A DNA stretch of 18,409 nt, from assembly GCA_016839605.1 (NCBI GenBank), contig JAEOTX010000012.1, positions 1 to 18,409 on the forward strand, given 5' to 3'. The position numbers and the translations under genes were made by a program. Under the pieces are notes generated by a model. It ran no database searches, was not told where the DNA came from, and worked only from the letters and a program-made list of their open reading frames with translations. Positions 7,423-15,077 of the stretch are shown here, piece by piece (the stretch's first letter is position 1; each line of letters begins with the position of its first letter). This DNA comes from Candidatus Thorarchaeota archaeon (lineage in GTDB: Archaea > Asgardarchaeota > Thorarchaeia > Thorarchaeales > Thorarchaeaceae).

Positions 7423-8541
7423 TACTGCAATATTTTCAGACTGAATACCTGGGCGAGCGGAGTGATTCCGCAGATCTCTGCGATAATGGGTCCCTGCGCA
7501 GGCGGGGCAGTATACAGTCCAGCAGTCACTGATTTCACATTGATGGTCAAAGGCACCTCTCACATGTTTATCACTGGACCCGAAGTTATCAAGACTGTCA
7601 CGGGTGAAGAGGTCACCTTCGAAGAGCTTGGAGGCGCAATGACCCACAATAGCGTGAGTGGTGTTGCCCAGTTCGCCAGTGAGGATGAGGACCACTGCTT
7701 CGAGCAGATACGAAAGCTCCTCAGCTACATGCCTAGCAACAACTTGGAGGACCCTCCCAGAGTGATGAGTGACTGTTCACCTGATGATTTCGATGAGTCG
7801 ATTGACGACATCGTGCCTGAGGATCCTAACAAACCCTACGACATGCGTGATGTTGTTGCTAAAATTGTCGACAATGGAGAGTTCTTAGAGGTTCATGAGC
7901 ATTGGGCGAAGAACATGATGGTGGGCTTTGCTCGGGTGGATGGAAGGTCAATAGGCATTGTTGGCAATCAGCCTGCTCACTTAGCAGGCACTCTAGACAT
8001 CAACGCGTCAGACAAGTGCTCTCGATTCGTCAGGTTCTGTGATGCCTTCAATATCCCGGTGGTCACATTCATGGACGTCCCGGGTTATCTACCCGGAACT
8101 GCACAGGAATGGGGCGGCATCATTCGTCACGGTGCAAAGATTCTCTATGCGTTTGCAGAGGCTACAGTTCCCAAGATCACCATAATCACTCGGAAAGGCT
8201 ACGGCGGCGCCTTCGATGTTATGTCTTCTCGGCACATAGGAGCGGACCTGGTGTATGCCTGGCCTACTGCAGAGATTGCTGTAATGGGTCCTGACGGAGC
8301 AATAAACATCATCTTCCGCAAGGAGATATCTGCGGCAAAGAACAAGGAGAAGAAGCGTGCCGAGTTAGTGAAGGAGTACCGAGAGAGGTTCGCTAATCCC
8401 TATATTGCTGCAGGCTTAGGGTATATCGACAAGGTCATCTTTCCGCACGAAACGAGATCATTGATTTGCAAAGGCCTTGATGTCCTAGCGAGCAAGAGAC
8501 AGAGTAGGCCTCCAAAGAAGCATGGCAATATGCCCCAGTAA
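7423..8541 (+). pseudogene. pccB: 5'-truncated second copy of the carboxyltransferase gene (codons ~144-515)
   Basis: Homology starts at [17 protein letters not shown] (copy 1: [17 protein letters not shown]). An in-frame TGA lies at 7402, and the ORF-track GTG start at 7462 is just internal Val157. Hand alignment gives 43 differences in 359 aa (88% identity), with no stops or frameshifts. The N-terminal region including [10 protein letters not shown] is missing. Confidence 0.9.
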
Positions 8542-8550
8542 TTAGGACGA

Positions 8551-8862
8551 CTAAAGAGGGGGCATCGCAGGAATCTGAATGCGGCCCGCAAACAAGAATG
8601 CAAGCATAAGTATGATGAATGCAAAGATAATAATCATAATCAACGAATTCAGAGAATCCTGAATAGCTTGCACTCTCTCTTCAATCTCATTTGCCCGTTG
8701 GAATTGCCTCATGAAAACACAATGTCCCCCGAGCTCTACACCGTCTTCATCGATTAACCTCACCCACTGCATGCATTCATTCTTCTTACACACGTCTTGC
8801 TGGAAAGGGCAGTCAAACCTCTCCTCTTCAGACAGTATGTTAGGATATTCTTTCGACGACAT
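8551..8862 (-). CDS. Small Cys4-motif protein with short coiled coil and C-terminal transmembrane anchor
   Basis: The ATG at 8862 is preceded by GGAGGT (8870-8875, 7-nt spacing), giving 103 aa. Contains CPFQQDVCKKNECMQW...GGHC, heptad segment IEERVQAIQDSLNSL and hydrophobic IMIIIFAFIILMLAFLFA. Confidence 0.7.
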   Translation of the reverse strand: MSSKEYPNILSEEERFDCPFQQDVCKKNECMQWVRLIDEDGVELGGHCVFMRQFQRANEIEERVQAIQDSLNSLIMIIIFAFIILMLAFLFAGRIQIPAMPPL

Positions 8863-9303
8863 TTCACTTACCTCCATTAAGACTCATCAGTCAGATATCT
8901 TTTACAATACTTCATTTCCCTACATGTTCCTGAAGGCATCATTCTGGCTTAATGCCAGATGGGCTTCTACTGTACAAATCACTCATTGATGGTCTATAGG
9001 CCTCGAATGACAATAGTGAGATGCCAGTATACCTAAAGCTAGAAACCATGAGTCAGAGGATTGGAATCGTCGATTTTGAGATTGGTGCGGCGGCAACCCT
9101 AGTGCTCATTCACGCCCAGGATGCCATGGTCATCTTTCGTAATGCGGTTTCTAGAGGTTCTATTAAAGCTCCCTCAATTCCATTTGGTTTCAGGCTAGAT
9201 AACCTTGAACTGCTATTCCGTATATGCTTTGTGAACCTCAATTATTTCAACGTGAGGGCCGTTCACTGCCAGGTAAGGGGTATATTACCAAGTCAGTAGG
9301 GGA

Positions 9304-9345
9304 CAGAGCAGACCTCCCAAGAAACATGGTAACATGCCGCAGTGA
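9304..9345 (+). pseudogene. pccB: 42-bp third remnant of the carboxyltransferase 3' end, including its stop codon
   Basis: CAG AGC AGA CCT CCC AAG AAA CAT GGT AAC ATG CCG CAG TGA translates to [13 protein letters not shown], identical in protein to the end of copy 2 (8500-8541). 34/42 nt are identical and all 8 differences are silent. Not in the ORF track. Confidence 0.9.
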
Positions 9346-9421
9346 TGAGTTGAATCTCGGGACTCAAAATTGGTGAATTTTAGGCCTATCTATCTACTTC
9401 GAACATTGATGTTTCTTGGGA

Positions 9422-10792
9422 TTAGTTGCTATTGGATAGATTTGTCCATTTGACACCCACTTTTTTCAAGGCATACTCAATTTCACTCAAATAATCACCA
9501 TATACAACTAGCCAGTGAAATCCTTTCATTTCATGTAACAGTTTCTTCCAATCACCCTCGATCTCTATGTCTAATTGAGTGCGGCATATTTGAAGAGTTG
9601 GATTGTCGATTATTCTTCCTCTGAATCCAATCCATTCGTTTCCACTAAACGAAGGATCGATAACAGTAACTACTTGACCTTTCTTCATCTTTACTTGTGG
9701 TGCTGCTCCATAATCAGATTCAAAGTGAGTGAGAATTTCCACTCTTTCAAGGTTTGAGCCATCCATTCTACGCGGTGCTGTGCAATGTGCAACAGTGACT
9801 TGACCTTTATGAGGTAAGGTAGGGTCGACGAAGAAAACAGGTTTGCTTGAAATAAAGTGCAAAAGAATTCCTGCCGGAATAGCGACAAAGTCGGATTCAC
9901 AGAATGCTAGGTATCCAGAATCATTGAGTAAACAGATGGGTAAGCAAGCAGTCGTTTCAGATATTGGCATAACAATTGACATACATCCTGCAATTGTAAG
10001 GATGTGTGCGTTATCTTCTTTCAATAAGTCTTTGAAAACTCGTTCAAGTAGAAATGCATTGATTACGAAATTCTTGTCTGTTTTAAGCTCGACTTTACTA
10101 TTTGACAAATAGTTCTCTGCATCTTCTTGAGCCATTTCAATTGCATCGGTATCTGCCTTCAATACCTCGATTCTATTCGCTAACTCCTGATAGGAAACAG
10201 TTTCTATTTGAAAATCCCATGTTTCATTTGCTTTCTGTACAGCTTCCTCCCCAATACCCCATCCTCCAGGTGCTCCTATCGAAATGACTTTTGCACCAAT
10301 TGCATATTTCAGCCCTACTAGAGCCCTTAATTTCTGGAAGAGTTCTTTGTAATCATCAACTACAATATCCTCAACAATGACAGGTTGCAGGATCTCATCA
10401 GATACACTTTTTCTTAAGAACCGTGGATGGATTATTTCGTACCAGAGATAGTCTTTCCTGAGGAAGAATATTATTGGCATATCATATGACGACAACTGTT
10501 CTAAGGGCTCAATCGAGTCAATTTCCTGCACACCAGCTGCGTATACTAAAATTACATCTGCATTGATGTCTAGATTTCTTATATCTTCAACAGTTTTGGT
10601 CTTGCTTAAAGGCTGAATTCGTAATGGGAACCTAGCCTTATTTTGTAATTCTAGTAATTCATCCTTAATTCTCTTAATCTCGCTGTCTGCATCAGCTTCA
10701 GATTGAATCCCTCCCCAAGGTCTCCAACTAGTTTGCTCCTTCTTCTCGTAAACCCCATATAGAAAGATTGGTTTTACTTGAAAATCGAACAT
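9422..10792 (-). CDS. L-fucose/L-arabinose isomerase-family protein (COG2407-like sugar isomerase)
   Basis: 456 aa with AFCESD (metal-binding E-x-D), VAHCTAP, THFESDYG, CRTQL and GFHWLVVYGDY, characteristic of fucose-isomerase-related proteins. Substrate unknown. Confidence 0.8.
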   Translation of the reverse strand: MFDFQVKPIFLYGVYEKKEQTSWRPWGGIQSEADADSEIKRIKDELLELQNKARFPLRIQPLSKTKTVEDIRNLDINADVILVYAAGVQEIDSIEPLEQLSSYDMPIIFFLRKDYLWYEIIHPRFLRKSVSDEILQPVIVEDIVVDDYKELFQKLRALVGLKYAIGAKVISIGAPGGWGIGEEAVQKANETWDFQIETVSYQELANRIEVLKADTDAIEMAQEDAENYLSNSKVELKTDKNFVINAFLLERVFKDLLKEDNAHILTIAGCMSIVMPISETTACLPICLLNDSGYLAFCESDFVAIPAGILLHFISSKPVFFVDPTLPHKGQVTVAHCTAPRRMDGSNLERVEILTHFESDYGAAPQVKMKKGQVVTVIDPSFSGNEWIGFRGRIIDNPTLQICRTQLDIEIEGDWKKLLHEMKGFHWLVVYGDYLSEIEYALKKVGVKWTNLSNSN

Positions 10793-10819
10793 GAGCAGGT
10801 AAAAAGGTCATGAATACCC

Positions 10820-10825
10820 AATAAA
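10820..10825 (-). promoter_or_regulatory. Probable TATA box (TTTATT) for the isomerase gene
   Basis: 28-33 nt upstream of the ATG at 10792, the same spacing as for the HEAT gene; no RBS, consistent with a leaderless transcript. Confidence 0.4.
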
Positions 10826-10868
10826 TGTGTTCAGACAAGAGAGAACGGAATCACTTCTTGCTCTCTTT

Positions 10869-12944
10869 TCATGACTCTGTCTTAGGTAGCATCATCACCA
10901 TGCTGGTGCCCTGTCGATAATCGCCCTTCACACGGTCTTCGACCCAAATCCTGCCACCATAACGATTCATGATACGTCGGACAAGAGTAAGGCCTAGTCC
11001 GCTTCCGCGCTTCTCTCTGTCCCCAAACCGGGCGAGAATCGCTTTCTTCAAAGTGTCGTTGATTCCTGGGCCCCTGTCCTGCACTCTTATCGAAAGAAAA
11101 CTCTCACTTTCTGATTCATCTGCAGCGACGTCGATGACCACTATGTCATTCTTGTCCATTCTTGCAGAGTTATGAAGTAGGTTATAGAAGACATCAACTA
11201 GAAATTCATCAGCAATTACTGAGTATTGCTCATTGCTGAAATTGGTGTTGATTCTTATACTCATCCCCGGAAACGAATCCTTGACCATGTCAATTGCTTC
11301 TGTGAGTGCAAAATGTGGATCTAAGGGGACCAGCTTGGACTTCTCTCCAAGAGCAGCCAGTTTCTTAACATTGGTCACAAGCTTTGCTCCTCTCTGAGTC
11401 TGCGCCAGAGCTGACTTTGCCAGAGATTCCAGCTCCTCGGATAGGCTTCCACTATCAAGCATAAGCTCCATACTCGACATGATTCCCTGTTGCAGATTGG
11501 AGATGTCATGAGCCATCAGATCATTGTAGAACGCCGCTGTTGCCACAGCCTCCTCTAGTTGGCTCTCTGTCTTTTTCCTCTCAGTGATGTCTCTCGCAAT
11601 ACCAAGGATGCCAACTGGCCTGTCCTTATCATCTCGCAGAAAGACTCGTGAAATTTCAGCCCAAATTCTTGCTCCATCTTTTCGTAGGAATTCCAGCTCA
11701 AGAGGAGGTGCATCATACCCATCCTTTCCAACCTCTTCTTCCAGTGCAAGTGCATCATTCAGAACTGCCCGAGCTACCTCGACTGTTTCCTTTGGCATTA
11801 ATGAGCCTACGTCTACACCCATCAACTCTTCAGGTAAGTAACCTAGCACTTCCAAACTCGCCGGACTGATGTACGTGAAATCGAAATTCAAATCTATGGT
11901 CCAGATAACATCCTTCGCGTTTTCTGCGAGTAATCGAAACCTCTCTTCGCTGGACTGTAGAGCATCCTGAGCCTGATGCCTAGCCAACACAGTAGAAAGC
12001 ATTCCTGCTATAGTTTGAAATAGGGCTTGGTCTCTGTTTCCAAGCCGCTTCTTTTTCCGAGCAGCTATATTCAGGACACCGAGGAGTTCTTCGTTTGCTC
12101 CAATTATTGGCCAGAAAATTATAGCCTGAATTCCCATCTGTTCTAAGAGTGACCTTCGAGAATCAAGAATCGAGCTCTCATGAATGTCTGATTCGAAAAT
12201 GGGCTTCTTCGTTCGAGCAACATGTGCAGCGAGGTACTCTTGATCATCAAGAGGGACCTCACTCCTCGCACCAGCAGGGATGCCAACGACAGCATGCAAT
12301 TTTAGTACTTGATTTCCTTCGTCGTATAGCCTAATGGTTCCAAGGTCGAATCCCAGAATGTCCACCAAGCCGGATATAATCCTGTGACTAGTGGCCTGTG
12401 TGTAGGTTTGCTCTAATGCAGCCTCTGCAATCAGTTGGAATGCCGCTCGCTCCCGTTCAAAGGCTCTTCGCGCCTTGGTGGACTCTGTTATGTCCATCAT
12501 TGATACAAGGACTCTATTCAACGACTCTTTACTCTCATTGGGGACAGAAAGATTGAGCAGAATATGTCTGGTATCCCCTGTGACTGTTTCCAAATCAACA
12601 ATTTGCCTAAACCTAGTTTCACCTTCTGAAAGAGCTATCAGTTCTTCCCGGAAGATATCGTATGCATCTTCCTCTAGGATGTTGCGCAGACTGCCAAGGA
12701 GTAGCTTCTCATCCTCTACGCCCTGCAGCTTCAAGGTTGCCCTGTTTACCCTGACGATCTCAACTAATTCCGCACATTTCAGAACATCATCCAAGTTCTC
12801 TTGAAAGAATTTTCTGAAATCAGTGACCCCTGAAGCCCTCAGGCTATCGAAATATTCCTTCACTTGTGAGAAATCTTCTTCCCATAAAGAAACTGGAGAG
12901 TCCTCAAACAAGGTTAGATAGTGACTCTCAGTTTCGTCCATCAA
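10869..12944 (-). CDS. Cytoplasmic PAS-GAF-PAS sensor histidine kinase
   Basis: PAS (YLTLFEDSPVSLWEEDFS), GAF (PIIGANEELLGVLNIA), PAS/PAC (SEERFRLLAENAKD...GIARDITERK), H box LMAHDISN, N box FYNLLHNS, G1 DRGPGI and G2 GSGLGL. GGAG RBS at 12953-12956; start is TTG 12944 or ATG 12941. Confidence 0.92.
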   Translation of the reverse strand: MMDETESHYLTLFEDSPVSLWEEDFSQVKEYFDSLRASGVTDFRKFFQENLDDVLKCAELVEIVRVNRATLKLQGVEDEKLLLGSLRNILEEDAYDIFREELIALSEGETRFRQIVDLETVTGDTRHILLNLSVPNESKESLNRVLVSMMDITESTKARRAFERERAAFQLIAEAALEQTYTQATSHRIISGLVDILGFDLGTIRLYDEGNQVLKLHAVVGIPAGARSEVPLDDQEYLAAHVARTKKPIFESDIHESSILDSRRSLLEQMGIQAIIFWPIIGANEELLGVLNIAARKKKRLGNRDQALFQTIAGMLSTVLARHQAQDALQSSEERFRLLAENAKDVIWTIDLNFDFTYISPASLEVLGYLPEELMGVDVGSLMPKETVEVARAVLNDALALEEEVGKDGYDAPPLELEFLRKDGARIWAEISRVFLRDDKDRPVGILGIARDITERKKTESQLEEAVATAAFYNDLMAHDISNLQQGIMSSMELMLDSGSLSEELESLAKSALAQTQRGAKLVTNVKKLAALGEKSKLVPLDPHFALTEAIDMVKDSFPGMSIRINTNFSNEQYSVIADEFLVDVFYNLLHNSARMDKNDIVVIDVAADESESESFLSIRVQDRGPGINDTLKKAILARFGDREKRGSGLGLTLVRRIMNRYGGRIWVEDRVKGDYRQGTSMVMMLPKTES

Positions 12945-13127
12945 TCAATCATCTCCAAGTTACTATGCTGCGAGTGTGGTGCTCACAATAAGGTATCTGG
13001 GCGCAATCCAATACTATGTATCCTGTTGTTATATGCATCGCTTGGTGTCCTAGATATTTCATGGGCTCTAATACATCCGGCAACTCTTTTATCCCGTGAC
13101 AGCCACTCAACGGAAGGTGTCACTTCA

Positions 13128-14120
13128 ATGTCTAACGGCAAATCTGTTCTTATCACCGGAGGCACTGGTTTTATAGGAGCGCATTTGGCTCGCAAGCTGA
13201 TACGAGAAGGATATGATGTTGTACTCTTTGACCTCTATCCGAATCCTCATGGAATAGAGGACATCAAGGATCGAGTCAAGATTGTAGAGGGAGATGTTGC
13301 AGACTATAACGCCCTTGCAGAAACCATAGAACGATTCAATGTTGGGTCGGTCATTCATACTGCTGCAATGCTCTCAGTTGCGGCTGCTACCGAACTAAGA
13401 ACAGCCTACAACGTCAATATCGATGGAACATTCAATATTCTTGAAGCCTGCAGAATTGCTGGAATTGACAAGGTAGTGTTCCTTAGCAGTCTTGCAGCAT
13501 TTGGACCGAACTCTCCATTCCCATTTCACGAAGCGACCTACAGAGAGCCTGCCAGCTTCTATGGGGTGAGCAAGGTGTGTGGGGAGGTCTTGGGTACATT
13601 CTATCATCACACACATGGATTAGACTTCAGATGCGTCAGGCTTGCTGTTGTGATTGGACCTGGGAGACGAGGCAAAGGAGCGACAGTTTCATTCTCTAAG
13701 TTCGTTGAAGAAGTAGTCTTGGAAAAGCCGGGTGTCATCCTAGTTCCTGACTACACAATCCTTCCAATTATCCATGTTGATGATGCCACAGATCTACTCT
13801 TGGCATTGTGGAAAGCTGACAGTGTGGACAAACGAATTCACATGTCTGGTGGTGTGTCTGTTGCTATCGAAGACTTCGTCAGTGAGGTCAAGAAGCAGGT
13901 TCCCAAAGCTGATGTGCGATATGAAATGGACTCAACAGTCGAGGAGGTCGCCGGAACATGGACACTGCTCACGACTATGCTAGTGCAACAGGGTCAAGAG
14001 AAAGTCTATCGAGAGATCGAGGAGATTGGATGGAAGCTAATGATAGATGATGTTGAGAAGCTAGCTGCTCATTTTGTAAAGGAAATCAAGGACAACCGCG
14101 AGATGTACTCATCATATTAG
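13128..14120 (+). CDS. NAD-dependent epimerase/dehydratase family extended SDR (resembles SDR-type L-threonine 3-dehydrogenase)
   Basis: TGGTGFIG, HTAAMLS, SSLAAFG, YGVSK and GLDFRCVR. Start moved to ATG 13128 (GGAAGGTG RBS at 13112-13119), giving 330 aa. Confidence 0.88.
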   Translation: MSNGKSVLITGGTGFIGAHLARKLIREGYDVVLFDLYPNPHGIEDIKDRVKIVEGDVADYNALAETIERFNVGSVIHTAAMLSVAAATELRTAYNVNIDGTFNILEACRIAGIDKVVFLSSLAAFGPNSPFPFHEATYREPASFYGVSKVCGEVLGTFYHHTHGLDFRCVRLAVVIGPGRRGKGATVSFSKFVEEVVLEKPGVILVPDYTILPIIHVDDATDLLLALWKADSVDKRIHMSGGVSVAIEDFVSEVKKQVPKADVRYEMDSTVEEVAGTWTLLTTMLVQQGQEKVYREIEEIGWKLMIDDVEKLAAHFVKEIKDNREMYSSY

Positions 14121-14133
14121 GAGGAATATTGGC

Positions 14134-15075
14134 TTGAAGGAAATCAAGAAGACAATGGTAATTGGTGGGGGTGCAATGGGTCATGGCATTGCCCAAGTCT
14201 TTGCACAATCAGGATGTGACGTGGTTCTTGTTGACATCAACGAGGTGGTCTTACTTAATGCGAAGAAGCATGTTGGGGCTAATCTTGAGCTGCTTGCTCA
14301 ACATAACTTGGTAAAGGAGGAGTCAATCGGCGATATCCTTGATAGAATTGTTATTGAACCTGATGTGTCAAAGGCACCATCGGATGTGGATTTCGTTATT
14401 GAAGCTGTTCCAGAAGATGTTGAACTGAAACAGAGGGTGCTGGGCGCTGCTGCAGCCTCTTGTTCCGATGATGCGATTCTTGCCACAACAACATCTGTGA
14501 TTCAGGTTGCCGATATTGCTGAAGGCATGAGCAAGCCTGAACGATTCATTGGAGCGCACTGGATGAACCCACCATACATCCTTCCTTTGGTTGAGATTAT
14601 TCCTGGACCCAAGACCGATGACGCAATTATCACTGCAGTCAGAATGTTTCTGGAGGAGACTTGCGGAAAACGCACAGTTACTTGTGGAGATGCCCCTGGG
14701 TTTCTAGTGAACAGGATGGCAGCCGCAGTATTAGTTGAGGCTGCCAAGATGGTGGAAGAAGGCATCGCCTCATTTGAAGACATTGACAGAGCATGGAAGG
14801 AGCATATGGGCTACATATTCCTGCAGTTTGGACCCTTTGGGAATATTGACCACATTGGTTTGGATGTCATCAATCTTGCAGCTAACTATCTTGCCTTTGT
14901 CTTAGAGGATGAACGTTTCAGACCTCCTGCATGGCTACAGGAGAAGATTGAGGCTGGAGACCTTGGGACTAAGAGCGGCAGGGGCGTTTATGATTATGGA
15001 GGGAGGTCTCCTGAAGACCTTCGCATTGAGAGGACCAAGAAGCTGCTCGAGATTATAAAATCCCGCGAGGGCTAG
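14134..15075 (+). CDS. 3-hydroxyacyl-CoA dehydrogenase family protein
   Basis: GGGAMGHGIA, VIEAVPEDVELK, HWMNPP..LPLVEI (catalytic His/Glu), PGFLVNR, GPF..IDHIGLD and GDLGTKSGRGVYDY. TTG start with GGAGG at 14120-14124; probably co-transcribed with the SDR. Confidence 0.92.
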   Translation: MKEIKKTMVIGGGAMGHGIAQVFAQSGCDVVLVDINEVVLLNAKKHVGANLELLAQHNLVKEESIGDILDRIVIEPDVSKAPSDVDFVIEAVPEDVELKQRVLGAAAASCSDDAILATTTSVIQVADIAEGMSKPERFIGAHWMNPPYILPLVEIIPGPKTDDAIITAVRMFLEETCGKRTVTCGDAPGFLVNRMAAAVLVEAAKMVEEGIASFEDIDRAWKEHMGYIFLQFGPFGNIDHIGLDVINLAANYLAFVLEDERFRPPAWLQEKIEAGDLGTKSGRGVYDYGGRSPEDLRIERTKKLLEIIKSREG

Positions 15076-15077
15076 AG

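Noticed and set aside
7462-8541. Ordinary second full-length carboxyltransferase gene, or one broken by a frameshift
   Set aside because: Homology stops at about 7421 and the missing 143 codons are not upstream, where the HEAT gene lies on the other strand; the GTG is internal Val157.
3922-8541. Exact-repeat assembly duplication, or a DGR template/variable repeat pair
   Set aside because: The copies differ mostly at third codon positions of all base types, not specifically at adenines, and there is no reverse transcriptase in the window.
8711-8989. 92-aa ORF on +
   Set aside because: Antisense shadow of the better supported 8551-8862 gene.
9021-9299. 92-aa ORF on +
   Set aside because: No recognisable motif or convincing RBS; also out of frame with the 9304-9345 remnant.
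10837-10867. AAGAGAG...CTCTCTT stem after the kinase stop as a terminator
   Set aside because: Only 7 bp of low-complexity stem with a 17-nt loop and no clear U-tract; too weak to call.
12921-13127. 69-aa N-terminal extension of the SDR in the ORF track
   Set aside because: It overlaps the kinase start and the divergent promoter region; the Rossmann motif follows ATG 13128, which has an RBS.
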